From a virus (taxonomy: Duplodnaviria > Caudoviricetes), in the IMG/VR virus record IMGVR_UViG_3300042901_000001, positions 1-25,487 of that record: 25,487 nt of DNA; one strand, given 5' to 3'. Both the position numbers and the translations under genes were made by a program. The notes beneath the pieces were generated by a model, which saw only the letters and a list, made by a program, of their open reading frames with translations, was not told the DNA's origin and made no database searches. Shown here piece by piece: positions 9,517-18,123 of the stretch. Positions within the stretch are counted from its first letter, which is position 1, and each line of letters begins with the position of its first letter.

Positions 9517-9981
9517 TTAATTTACTGTTGTCCAAGATTCTGATTGATCTGAAACTGTTGTCCATGTTTCTGATTGGTCTGAAGTATCAGTCCATGATTC
9601 AGAAGTATCCGCCTCATTTTCCCACTTGTATCTAGCATTTGCAACAACACTAGAAGCAGAATCTATATTTGCCAAGGTATTAGTAGTAAAACTTGCACTT
9701 GCTACAAAAGAACTTTCAGAAGTAAATTGAATAAGTGCGGTATATATAGCTAATGCAGAAGCCGATGCAGATGAGCTAGAAACAATATCCGCTTGACCTG
9801 ATGTCGTTCTAGATGCGGATGCTTGTACAGTAGATGCTGAAGTAACATCTCCAGCGCCTAAAAGGATAGCCGTTGCAGCGGCAACAACTGTACTTGTAGA
9901 TGTAAGTGCAACAGAAGCGTCTACAAATCCACCAACCAATGATGAAAATGGAGCTTCTGAGAATGCGCTAAATCCAAACAT
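9517..9981 (-). CDS. Ser/Ala/Thr-rich virion protein (MFGFSAFSEAPFS N-terminus; C-terminal SxxWT repeats)
   Basis: 154-aa ORF in the tail cluster; low-complexity repeats. Confidence 0.7.
   Translation of the reverse strand: MFGFSAFSEAPFSSLVGGFVDASVALTSTSTVVAAATAILLGAGDVTSASTVQASASRTTSGQADIVSSSSASASALAIYTALIQFTSESSFVASASFTTNTLANIDSASSVVANARYKWENEADTSESWTDTSDQSETWTTVSDQSESWTTVN
9524..9603. repeat. 30-bp imperfect tandem repeat (about 2.7 copies) encoding 10-aa SDQSE(S/T)WTTV units
   Basis: actgttgtccaagattctgattgatctgaa / actgttgtccatgtttctgattggtctgaa / gtatcagtccatgattcaga. Confidence 0.8.
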
Positions 9982-9984
9982 TTA

Positions 9985-10206
9985 TCAGTCTTTTTCTTCA
10001 AGTGATTTCTTAGCAAGTTCTAGATGTTTTTGTTTGAAGTAGATATTTGCTATCAAACCAATCACACCAATCACCACGCCACAGATAGCCGCAAACTCAT
10101 TGGCTGTTAAACCAAAGAAAATAGCAGTACTAGCACCGCCATAAGTGGCCAAATTAGCCGCTTTAGCCGCAACTGCTGTTGCCACCTCTGAAGTATGGGT
10201 TTCCAT
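9985..10206 (-). CDS. holin (HP1/phage-21-like small holin)
   Basis: 73 aa with TYGGAS..FFGLTANEFAAICGVVIGVIGLIANIYFK TM segment(s) and a charged C-tail. Confidence 0.7.
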   Translation of the reverse strand: METHTSEVATAVAAKAANLATYGGASTAIFFGLTANEFAAICGVVIGVIGLIANIYFKQKHLELAKKSLEEKD

Positions 10207-10219
10207 TTTAAACTTTCAA

Positions 10220-10429
10220 TTAGACAGAAGCTGCTTGCAATGGTGCAAGGTCTTCGGTTGTCCAATAGTCTTTAGCCAACATGATTTTTAAATGTTCTTT
10301 ATTGCGTGATAGGCAATCAGCCCAATCAGCATCAGTCATGTTATCTGGCTTGCTACCATTGATTAGATTAACGCTATCCATTGCGGCAGAGTAGTGCTTG
10401 GCAATTTTTTCTGGTGTTTGGTTTTCCAT
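10220..10429 (-). CDS. small tail-fibre-associated protein (putative chaperone)
   Basis: 69 aa directly after the S74-containing fibre; RNKEHLKIMLAKDYWT motif. Confidence 0.6.
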   Translation of the reverse strand: MENQTPEKIAKHYSAAMDSVNLINGSKPDNMTDADWADCLSRNKEHLKIMLAKDYWTTEDLAPLQAASV

Positions 10430-10431
10430 AA

Positions 10432-11847
10432 TTAGTTTCCTTCAAGTTGTTTGACACGGGCAGATAACTCTTTGACTGCGTTAATTAAGTACCAAGTCAA
10501 GTTATCTGAATTTACAGACATAACACCAGTTGATTCTGTCTTTACGCAATCAGGCAAAATAGTTTGTAGTTCTTGGGCAATTGCACCCAACTGAATACCT
10601 TGCTTTTTAATCGCTTGGTTTTGTGGTAAATCGGTAATTTCTTCGGGCAAACGATATTCAAAGTTGCGAACACGAATTGCATTTATTGCATTTAAACCAA
10701 TATCGTTATCAACAATGTTTTTCTTTAGACGTTGGTCAGAAGTTATCGACCATGTTGCTGAATTATTACCTTGGTAAACACCACCACCATTTGGAGAAAT
10801 AAAACCAGTAGAGCCGCCTTTACCAGTATCAGAATTTGTAGATATAACAATTTCATTTCCAACACTTGATGATGAAGTTAATGTGTTATACCCAAGGTGA
10901 ATATTTGTGCTTCCCGTTGTGCAAACTCTTCCAGTTAAAATTCCAATAAAAGTATTTCCTATGCCAGTTGTTAAAGGCAACCCTGCTTGATAACCCAAAC
11001 AAGTGTTGTTATAACCTGTTGTAGTTGCATGTCCCGCTTGATAACCTACAGCCGTGTTGTTAGCCGCTGTGCTGTTATTAAAAAGAGACTGCCAACCACT
11101 AGCAACATTAGAACTACCAGTTGTATTGTTATAAAGTGCTGATATACCAGTAGCGGTATTTTGTAATCCAGTAGTATTTTCACGTAATGAATACGCCCCA
11201 AAAGCGGCATTGCTTGCGCCAGTTGTGGTGCTATAAGCCGATTCGTAACCTACAGCCGTGTTTTGAGATGCCGTAGTGTTAAGGTGCAAAGCATCTGTTC
11301 CAATTGCGGTATTATTTGAACCTGTGGTGTTTGCCCTTAATGCCCCACCACCAAATGCGCTATTGCTGCTTCCAGTTGTGTTGTAGTAACCAGGAGGCCA
11401 ATTATTAGAATCCATCCCTCCTACAAAAGAGTTTCCAGTTCCTGTCGTGTTAGTAAAACCTGCTTGAACGCCAATAAATAAATTATTATCACCAGTATTT
11501 GAGTAACCCGCTTGATTGCCTAGGGCGGTATTTCGTGCGCCAGTAGAGTTTGTATATAACGCATCTACACCAACAGCAGTTACTCTAACCCCTGTAGTTG
11601 AGCCACCAGCGTTATAGCCATAAGCAGTTAAAAAAGGTGTTCCACCGACTGTTGTTTGCTTTCCATACACAGTACCCAATGCAGTAGGCGTAGCGGCAGA
11701 GGGACTAGGGATGCCTGTGCAATTACTTAAATTACCAGACGCAGGTGTACCAAGTGCAGGTGCTACTAGAGTCTTATTACTAAGCGTAGTTGTGCTTGTT
11801 GCCGTAACAAGATTTGTAGGCGCAATGATTGCTGATAGGTTAGCCAT
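10432..11847 (-). CDS. tail fibre/spike with YadA-head-like NTAxG repeats and C-terminal peptidase S74 intramolecular chaperone
   Basis: Many ~14-aa repeats (NTTGxxNTAxGxxAL); SDQRLKKNI autocleavage motif, GAIAQELQTILPDCV and a terminal coiled coil. Confidence 0.85.
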   Translation of the reverse strand: MANLSAIIAPTNLVTATSTTTLSNKTLVAPALGTPASGNLSNCTGIPSPSAATPTALGTVYGKQTTVGGTPFLTAYGYNAGGSTTGVRVTAVGVDALYTNSTGARNTALGNQAGYSNTGDNNLFIGVQAGFTNTTGTGNSFVGGMDSNNWPPGYYNTTGSSNSAFGGGALRANTTGSNNTAIGTDALHLNTTASQNTAVGYESAYSTTTGASNAAFGAYSLRENTTGLQNTATGISALYNNTTGSSNVASGWQSLFNNSTAANNTAVGYQAGHATTTGYNNTCLGYQAGLPLTTGIGNTFIGILTGRVCTTGSTNIHLGYNTLTSSSSVGNEIVISTNSDTGKGGSTGFISPNGGGVYQGNNSATWSITSDQRLKKNIVDNDIGLNAINAIRVRNFEYRLPEEITDLPQNQAIKKQGIQLGAIAQELQTILPDCVKTESTGVMSVNSDNLTWYLINAVKELSARVKQLEGN

Positions 11848-11849
11848 AG

Positions 11850-12110
11850 TTAAACTCCTCTAGCCGCTTCAGCCGCAGCCTGTGCCGCTTGATAAGCCGC
11901 AATAACTTCAGCAGTCCAAGCCGCATTGCAGATTGCAACAACATTGGCAGGAACGCCTGTTAAGTCTTGTGCAGGGGTGAGGCTTGAGCGATGGTAGGTT
12001 TGGCTAATTTGATTGCCATCTTCCATGATGCGTGTAGCTTCACGATAAAGAACAGTTCCGTTCTCTTGAACAGTAATTTGGTCAACAACTGTGGTTTTGG
12101 TAAGTGACAT
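11850..12110 (-). CDS. tail-fibre-associated small protein (putative assembly chaperone)
   Basis: 86 aa with a good SD (AAAGGAAA); follows the fibre gene ending in the DDYEEGT domain. Confidence 0.7.
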   Translation of the reverse strand: MSLTKTTVVDQITVQENGTVLYREATRIMEDGNQISQTYHRSSLTPAQDLTGVPANVVAICNAAWTAEVIAAYQAAQAAAEAARGV

Positions 12111-12157
12111 AATTTTCCTTTAGTTAAAAGTCCGTCTGCATCATCCAATGCAGATAA

Positions 12158-13822
12158 TTAGGCTGTTCGATAAACAATGCTTAACCTATAAGTTGCGTTT
12201 GTGGTATTTGGTTCATGTGCATTTCCATTATTACTGCCAACAAATAAATATACTGATGTGCTGCTAGTTTCAGCTTGGGCTGTAACTGGGCTTTCATTAG
12301 AAGATGAAGTTATAACCGACCCTATAAATCCAGTATTCGATACAGAACTAGAACCAGCAACTGTAAAAGGTAAACCGCCAATTCCTGGGCTTGTAAAATT
12401 AGTGCTTACACTAAAAATAATTCTAACGATGCAAATATTTCCAATTTTTGTATATTCACCAGTTTGTGCGCTAAATGCTCCAGTACCATCACCATTTGTT
12501 GTTACAGTAAAAGTCCCTTCCTCGTAATCATCTAGCGTATTAGCGTCTGCTGATGCTGATTGAGTTGCGGGGAATTTCACACCAGATGCAACTTGTGCTA
12601 CACCAGCAGCGGTGACTCTAAATTGTTCTGTTGCCCCTGCGCTTAAAGCAAACAAATCTCCAGCACCATTCTGACGGGCATATATCATCGCTGATGCAGA
12701 ATTATCTGAAAACCAAAAAGAATTACCTGGATTTGCAGTTCCACCGCTTATTACCGCACTAATAACTCCCGTTGTACTTAATGCCCCAACCCCCGATACA
12801 TTGCCAGTTGTGTCTGCAATTGTCACCACAGAATTTTGAATTATTTTGCCAGTTGTGCCATCAAACCGAGCAATAGCATTGTCAGTAGAAGATGCAGGAC
12901 CAGAAACCACCGATCCACCTGCACCACCCACTTGAGCAAAGATGTCCCATGTTGTGCCGTTGTAAACACATTGAACACTCACACCTGTAATGTCGCAAAC
13001 CAAATCTTCAGCAACACCTTCTATGGTTGAGCCATTGCGACCAATCGTTAAGTTGTTAGTTCCCCAAGTATTAAAAGAATCCACAACAATAACTTGATTA
13101 CCATTTGAGGGAGTAGCTGGCAAGGTAACTGTAAAAGCACCTGCTGTCGTGTTTGTTTGTACACCATCATTGTTTGCGGCTGTATAGTTTGCAGTCTTAA
13201 CTGTGGTGTAAGTAATGCCACCAGCAGAAGGGGCAGTAGATGACCAAGTTGTGCCAGTAGAAGTTAGCACATTGCCAGCAGTGCTAGGAGCAACAAAAGT
13301 TGGCGCTGATGTGCCATTGCCAAGCAATACGTTATTGGCAGTAAGAGTTGTTAAACTTGTGCCACCATTACTTACTGAAAGAGTACCAGTAACACCCGTT
13401 GAAAGAGGTAAGCCAGTTAAGTTAGTTGCAGTTCCACTAGAAGGAGTGCCTAAAACTGGCGTGACAAAAGTAGGACTGTTTAAAGTCTTGTTTGTCAGGG
13501 TTTGTGTTGCGTCAGTTAGCACCGCTTTGTCAGCAGGGTATGTAACAAAGACAAACTTAGAACCTGCGGCAAAGGATACCTTTGTATCTGAATTGCTAGA
13601 CTGCAAAACAGTAGTCCTAGCCAATGTCAAACCATTAGCAGACAGAGTTCCCAAGCCAATTTCAAAATCACTACCTAATGCAACGGCATAGTAGGTTGTG
13701 TTGTTTGCACCTACACCTGCGGCAAATGTCTGAAAACCAGTATCAGCACCACTTAGAACAAAGTCAGCAGTACCAGTAGTGGTTGTAGTTTCCTTAACAC
13801 GATCAGCAAGTACTAATGCCAT
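12158..13822 (-). CDS. modular tail fibre protein
   Basis: N-terminal MALVLADRVKETTTTTGT anchor, T4 gp34-like repeat (FTVTLPATPSNG..VVDS..WGTNNLTIGRNGSTIEG), STDNAIARFDGTTG joint and C-terminal ANTLDDYEEGTF domain. Confidence 0.82.
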   Translation of the reverse strand: MALVLADRVKETTTTTGTADFVLSGADTGFQTFAAGVGANNTTYYAVALGSDFEIGLGTLSANGLTLARTTVLQSSNSDTKVSFAAGSKFVFVTYPADKAVLTDATQTLTNKTLNSPTFVTPVLGTPSSGTATNLTGLPLSTGVTGTLSVSNGGTSLTTLTANNVLLGNGTSAPTFVAPSTAGNVLTSTGTTWSSTAPSAGGITYTTVKTANYTAANNDGVQTNTTAGAFTVTLPATPSNGNQVIVVDSFNTWGTNNLTIGRNGSTIEGVAEDLVCDITGVSVQCVYNGTTWDIFAQVGGAGGSVVSGPASSTDNAIARFDGTTGKIIQNSVVTIADTTGNVSGVGALSTTGVISAVISGGTANPGNSFWFSDNSASAMIYARQNGAGDLFALSAGATEQFRVTAAGVAQVASGVKFPATQSASADANTLDDYEEGTFTVTTNGDGTGAFSAQTGEYTKIGNICIVRIIFSVSTNFTSPGIGGLPFTVAGSSSVSNTGFIGSVITSSSNESPVTAQAETSSTSVYLFVGSNNGNAHEPNTTNATYRLSIVYRTA

Positions 13823-13824
13823 GA

Positions 13825-14217
13825 TTAACTCAATGTAATGTCAAGATCACCAGCAGGAATACGCAAAATATCGCCAGTACCGATTGTCTTGCTAGTTGTT
13901 AGGTCAGAAAAGGCCAAGAAATTACCAGAGGTTGAGGCATCGAAAATACCGATGGCCACAATAGTTCCCCAAGAAGAAGTTGCCGCATCAAATTCAACCG
14001 CAGCAGAGTTTGTCGCCAAAGTAGATGTTCCACTTACTGTAAAAGCGACGGATTTGCGTACGTATCCGCTACCAGACAACTCTGTACCACCACCAGTATC
14101 AGTTGGTGCGGTGGTATACAAAGCTACATAAAGAGTAGTTGGGGATGTGTAAGCAGTGTTTGTGAAAACGTGCTTTAAAACTTTGTCTTCTAAATAATCA
14201 GAGAATGATCCAGCCAT
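13825..14217 (-). CDS. conserved virion/tail protein (SDYLE..LYVALYT type)
   Basis: 130-aa beta-rich protein between the adaptor and fibres. Confidence 0.7.
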   Translation of the reverse strand: MAGSFSDYLEDKVLKHVFTNTAYTSPTTLYVALYTTAPTDTGGGTELSGSGYVRKSVAFTVSGTSTLATNSAAVEFDAATSSWGTIVAIGIFDASTSGNFLAFSDLTTSKTIGTGDILRIPAGDLDITLS

Positions 14218-14220
14218 TTT

Positions 14221-14841
14221 TTACCCCAAAGATCGGGCACGAACAATAGGAGTAGAAGCAACAGATGCCCTTTGATCTGCTATTTCTATGTCGCCAATGG
14301 AGGAAATATATAAGTTACCCCATACAGCAAGACGCTCATCATCTTTCAAATATGGAGATGCCTCAAGCAATGCACCATATAAGTACAAGTCTGGGGCATA
14401 AGCTAGAAGCCAGTTGCTTGTGTTTGAATCACTCAACGCAGGAATTTTACCATAATAGGTTAATTCACCTGTATAACTACTATCAGGAGTAGCAATTACT
14501 TCTATTTGCGTACCAACAATAGTGTAATAAGTTGGTTTACCAGAAGCAATAATTTGATTCTGACGCAATTCATTTGCTTGTTTATCAGTTACAAACTCCA
14601 TGTAAGTAATGGGATTTGTGTTCAAGATAAACTCTTTGGCCTGTAGCCAATCAGTTGGGAAAGCAAAATACTGTGTATCAATGGTGGCAGTAGCACGTTT
14701 AATCATCTGGCGAACACGCAACTTACGATTAAATTTAGCCTCTGCAACAGTAATAAAACTTGGAATAACAGAAGTCAGATCATCCCGATTGAGATAATCC
14801 GCTACGGTTGCTTTAAGCCCTGCAAAAGTATCAAGTGCCAT
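14221..14841 (-). CDS. head-tail adaptor (tail tubular protein A-like)
   Basis: 206 aa with VADYLNRDDL..IPSFI..AEAKFNRKLR and NWLLAYAPDLYLYGALLEA motifs; position after the capsid genes. Confidence 0.75.
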   Translation of the reverse strand: MALDTFAGLKATVADYLNRDDLTSVIPSFITVAEAKFNRKLRVRQMIKRATATIDTQYFAFPTDWLQAKEFILNTNPITYMEFVTDKQANELRQNQIIASGKPTYYTIVGTQIEVIATPDSSYTGELTYYGKIPALSDSNTSNWLLAYAPDLYLYGALLEASPYLKDDERLAVWGNLYISSIGDIEIADQRASVASTPIVRARSLG

Positions 14842-15496
14842 TTTCTACATCCCTACACATTAATGTGTGTTCATGTTTGTATTCAAATGTGCCAATATGA
14901 TGGATCTGTTTTGAGAGATCTTGGTCAACAAATGTTTTGTGTCCGTTCTGTGCGGCTCTACGGCAAAACCATACATCTTCACCGATGTAGTCTTCCGCAG
15001 CAGGAACCCAAGGGATAGCAAACCAAGGATATTCCATAGATTTGTAGACTTCGGATTTAACGAGCATTACACCCATTCCGCAGTAGTCTACTTCAACAAG
15101 TCCTGTTGAATCGTCCTCAGTATATACCCGATTGATAAATGTTGCATCCATATCTGGGGTATTTTTTTTCACCGCAATAGGTTCTGTAGGAAATCTACGT
15201 TTGGCATAGTTTCCACAGACAATCCCAATATCATGTTTTAACAAGCGAATAATGGAATCTTTTGGAAACCGCATATCGCTATCTAGCCACAGGGTATGGG
15301 TACACTCAGCCTCAATAGCATCCCTAGCCAAATCCTGACGTTGTGCTGATAACAAAGTGCCAGAACTAGTGTAGATCACTACCTTGTGGTTTGTTGTACC
15401 TACAGTAAACCCAACTAGCCTCGCTAAATCAAAAGCAAATCCAGAGTTAACAAAATCCCGTGTTGGAACCAAAATTCCAATGGTCTTACTATCCAT
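14831..15496 (-). CDS. GT-A fold (GT2-like) glycosyltransferase
   Basis: IGILVPTRD N-terminal strand, WLDSDM (DxD), CGMGVMLVK, GEDVWFC and HIG motifs. Confidence 0.8.
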   Translation of the reverse strand: MDSKTIGILVPTRDFVNSGFAFDLARLVGFTVGTTNHKVVIYTSSGTLLSAQRQDLARDAIEAECTHTLWLDSDMRFPKDSIIRLLKHDIGIVCGNYAKRRFPTEPIAVKKNTPDMDATFINRVYTEDDSTGLVEVDYCGMGVMLVKSEVYKSMEYPWFAIPWVPAAEDYIGEDVWFCRRAAQNGHKTFVDQDLSKQIHHIGTFEYKHEHTLMCRDVENGT

Positions 15497-15810
15497 TAAA
15501 CTTCTCCAGGTCTTGTGCGAAATGCACGATTATCAGGGTCATTGAGCCAACGCTTCATGTAGGCTTGGTCATCAAGTTTGCCTTCGGCCTTCATCTGATA
15601 ATACAAAGCCATAGGAATGGATGCAACATGGTGCATATCACCTTTCCAATTGGCCTTCTCATCAAACGAATTAAATCGTTCTTTGTTTGCATCTACCACC
15701 TCGGTGGCATCAATAATTGTCTGAATGGTTGCCTCATCTTTATCAGCATCGTAATGCCAGACTTTCTGAGTCCCCATCTCTAGGTTTGTATCAAAGATTT
15801 TTGTAGTCAT
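15496..15810 (-). CDS. conserved hypothetical protein downstream of the major capsid protein
   Basis: 104 aa with HVASIP...KRWLNDPDNRAFRT motif; TAATG-coupled to the glycosyltransferase. Confidence 0.75.
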   Translation of the reverse strand: MTTKIFDTNLEMGTQKVWHYDADKDEATIQTIIDATEVVDANKERFNSFDEKANWKGDMHHVASIPMALYYQMKAEGKLDDQAYMKRWLNDPDNRAFRTRPGEV

Positions 15811-15840
15811 AAAAAAAAGGGTGGGTTATTAGCCCACCCC
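15811..15840 (-). terminator. intrinsic terminator after the major capsid gene
   Basis: Minus strand GGGTGGG-CTAATAA-CCCACCC followed by T8. Confidence 0.85.
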
Positions 15841-15852
15841 TTTGTCTTCAGA

Positions 15853-16833
15853 TTAGGTCTGAATTGTTGAGTTCAAGTCATAGACAGCGCCATGAGCTTT
15901 CTCATTCTTGATCTTCAAGCCCCACTCACACAAGAGCATACGCTTCTCGGCATCACCTGTCTTAGCCAGTTCAACTGTCTGGAAGGGACGCAGATAAGCA
16001 ACTGATGCGTACTCAGGATCAAGCACAAAAACATCACGCTCACGTTGGAACCTGTTGGCAACAATGCTCACGTTTCCGAAGTCGCTGACATAAACATCTG
16101 CGGCCCCGATGATAGTTGAAGGCTTTGCGCCTGTAACATTGAAACGCTGACCAGCAATACCAGCCATCTTAGACAAGTTCTGCTTGTTAACAGGACCAGC
16201 CATAACGATAGATGGGTTGCCACCTTCTGTCCACACCTTCTGAATTACGTCTTTCAGCAATGCTTCGCTGAATGAACGCAAGTTAGTAGTTGTAGCATCA
16301 GTACGAGCTGCATCAGGAATGGTTGTGTATGAAGGATCAGAACCACCAGTACCTTCGCTAGTATTGGTCTTCAAGAAGGCCAACAAAGCGCCTGATTTAC
16401 GGGCAGATGACGTAGAACCAGCGGCAGCGGCTTGGTTAGCCAACATTGTGGCCTCCATGTCACGCTTAATTTCCGCAGATTTTTTGGCCATTTGATAGCT
16501 CAATTCTGAGCGACGACCTGCCTTGTCAACCGCTTCCAATGTACCAGCAATGATTACATCCTTACGGCTAATCTGGGTGTAGTTGCCCAAACGAACTGTA
16601 GCTGTAACTGCTGTGAAAGAGGTGATGTCATCGCCCTCAATCTGTGCATTAGTTGTGATTGCAGCGGCCAAATCATCAGTCTGCCATTCAAAGAAAGTGT
16701 TGGTGACGTTCTCACGGCCAACATTGCTCATGAATGGAGTCTCTTCTGGTGAGATCTGATAAATGACGTTTGAAAGATCTTCCCTAACACCCTTTGCGTC
16801 AAAGCGGGTGTAGGTGTTTGTAATAGCAGCCAT
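15853..16833 (-). CDS. major capsid protein (DUF5309/SU10-like, HK97 fold)
   Basis: REDLSNVIYQISPEETPF, EWQTDDL, NYTQI, KRDME and YVSDFG motifs; follows the scaffold gene and precedes a terminator. Confidence 0.9.
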   Translation of the reverse strand: MAAITNTYTRFDAKGVREDLSNVIYQISPEETPFMSNVGRENVTNTFFEWQTDDLAAAITTNAQIEGDDITSFTAVTATVRLGNYTQISRKDVIIAGTLEAVDKAGRRSELSYQMAKKSAEIKRDMEATMLANQAAAAGSTSSARKSGALLAFLKTNTSEGTGGSDPSYTTIPDAARTDATTTNLRSFSEALLKDVIQKVWTEGGNPSIVMAGPVNKQNLSKMAGIAGQRFNVTGAKPSTIIGAADVYVSDFGNVSIVANRFQRERDVFVLDPEYASVAYLRPFQTVELAKTGDAEKRMLLCEWGLKIKNEKAHGAVYDLNSTIQT

Positions 16834-16842
16834 GTTAATTCC

Positions 16843-17829
16843 TTAAATAAATTTCTCGAAAAGGGATGCGGCATCTCTGACGCTTCCAGTTTGTGCAAGA
16901 CGCTTTTTTGCGTTATTTATATCACTTGACTTAGAACTCACGCTACCTGCTGAACCAGGAGTAACCATCTTCGGAGCCTTTTTAATCTTTGCTTGGAATT
17001 CTGGACGCTTACTCATCATCTGGTCATATTTCCACGCTTTGTGAAGCGCCAATAATGCCCGTGAATCGGTAATCGTATTCAGTTCCTGCTCTGAAAAGCC
17101 CAAATTCTGACCATACTCCAACAAAGCTTTGCCTTCTGCTTTGGCTTTTTCGGGAGAACTCCACTCTGGAATTTTCTCTTTCAACCGAGCAACCTCGGCA
17201 ACCATAGTTTGTTGCATAAACTTTTGCAGTTCAGCTTGTTGCACTTGTTTAAGTCTCTCTTGCTCTGCTTGTACCGCATATTTCTGTTGGTTTCTCCTCT
17301 GATGAGATGTCCATTGACGGGCATATTCAGTAGGATCTTCAACTTCTAAACGATTCCAATCAGGCTCTGGAGGCTCAAACTCCTGCAATTTCTGCTGTAA
17401 TTGTCCTAATATCTGAGAGTATTGTTCACGCTCTCCACGTACTTGCTGAAACTCAGACTCGACTAATTTGCGCTCTTCTGCTAGTTTCTGCGTTTTCCGT
17501 GTGTAGTCGGCTTCACGTTGGTAGCCTCGGATAAGTTCATCCTTTGGGACTTCGATTTCTTTGCCATCAACTTTGACAACAAACTTCTCATCCCTAGGAG
17601 CTTCTTCCTCGCCTTCCTCTTCTTCGCCTTCTACTTCCTCGGAAGATTCCTCTGTTTCATCTTGCGTCTCCGCAGATTCCACTTCCTCAGACTCAGATTC
17701 GGATTGCTCCTCCTCTGGTTGCGCCTCTGCACCAGTGTCAACACCCTCTTGGCTGTCTAGCATGGAAGCAAAGCTTTGCGCTGCTTGGTTTACTGTAATC
17801 GAACCGACTGCGTTTGCGTTATCGGACAT
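16843..17829 (-). CDS. capsid scaffolding protein
   Basis: Acidic N-terminus, VKVDGKEIEV..ELIRGYQREADYTRKTQ motif, coiled coil and C-terminal RLAQTGSVRDAA. Confidence 0.85.
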   Translation of the reverse strand: MSDNANAVGSITVNQAAQSFASMLDSQEGVDTGAEAQPEEEQSESESEEVESAETQDETEESSEEVEGEEEEGEEEAPRDEKFVVKVDGKEIEVPKDELIRGYQREADYTRKTQKLAEERKLVESEFQQVRGEREQYSQILGQLQQKLQEFEPPEPDWNRLEVEDPTEYARQWTSHQRRNQQKYAVQAEQERLKQVQQAELQKFMQQTMVAEVARLKEKIPEWSSPEKAKAEGKALLEYGQNLGFSEQELNTITDSRALLALHKAWKYDQMMSKRPEFQAKIKKAPKMVTPGSAGSVSSKSSDINNAKKRLAQTGSVRDAASLFEKFI

Positions 17830-17850
17830 ATTTACCTCTTAGTTTAACAA

Positions 17851-18123
17851 TCATTTGTTTGGGGGTCTTCCCCGTCTACGAACAAGGGCAACTTCTGCCA
17901 TCTTGCCTGTATCCATGACAGAGCGTAGTTTTGCTCTCAGAATATCAACTGTTGTCAGAAGCAAGTAAGCTTGCTCTCTAACTGGTCCTTCCATTAGTTT
18001 GGAAGAACGAATCTCACGATAACAATCATCTTCTATTCGTTTAAGCATTTCATTGAGAAGTTCATCCTCAAGAAGTAACTTTGCTCTGTCTCCTCTTGCG
18101 AGGTTAATTTCTAGATCGTCCAT
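17851..18123 (-). CDS. small helical protein between portal and scaffold, with C-terminal AT-hook-like RRRGRPP
   Basis: 90-aa ORF; start abuts the portal stop. Confidence 0.75.
   Translation of the reverse strand: MDDLEINLARGDRAKLLLEDELLNEMLKRIEDDCYREIRSSKLMEGPVREQAYLLLTTVDILRAKLRSVMDTGKMAEVALVRRRGRPPNK

Noticed and set aside
11042-11262. 17-bp direct repeat TAACCTACAGCCGTGTT at 11042 and 11246
   Set aside because: Explained by the repeated NTAVGY peptide in the fibre beta-roll.
8569-13822. Diversity-generating retroelement or invertase-based fibre switching
   Set aside because: No reverse transcriptase or recombinase, and no TR/VR pair or inverted cassette seen in the window by eye; elements outside the window cannot be excluded.
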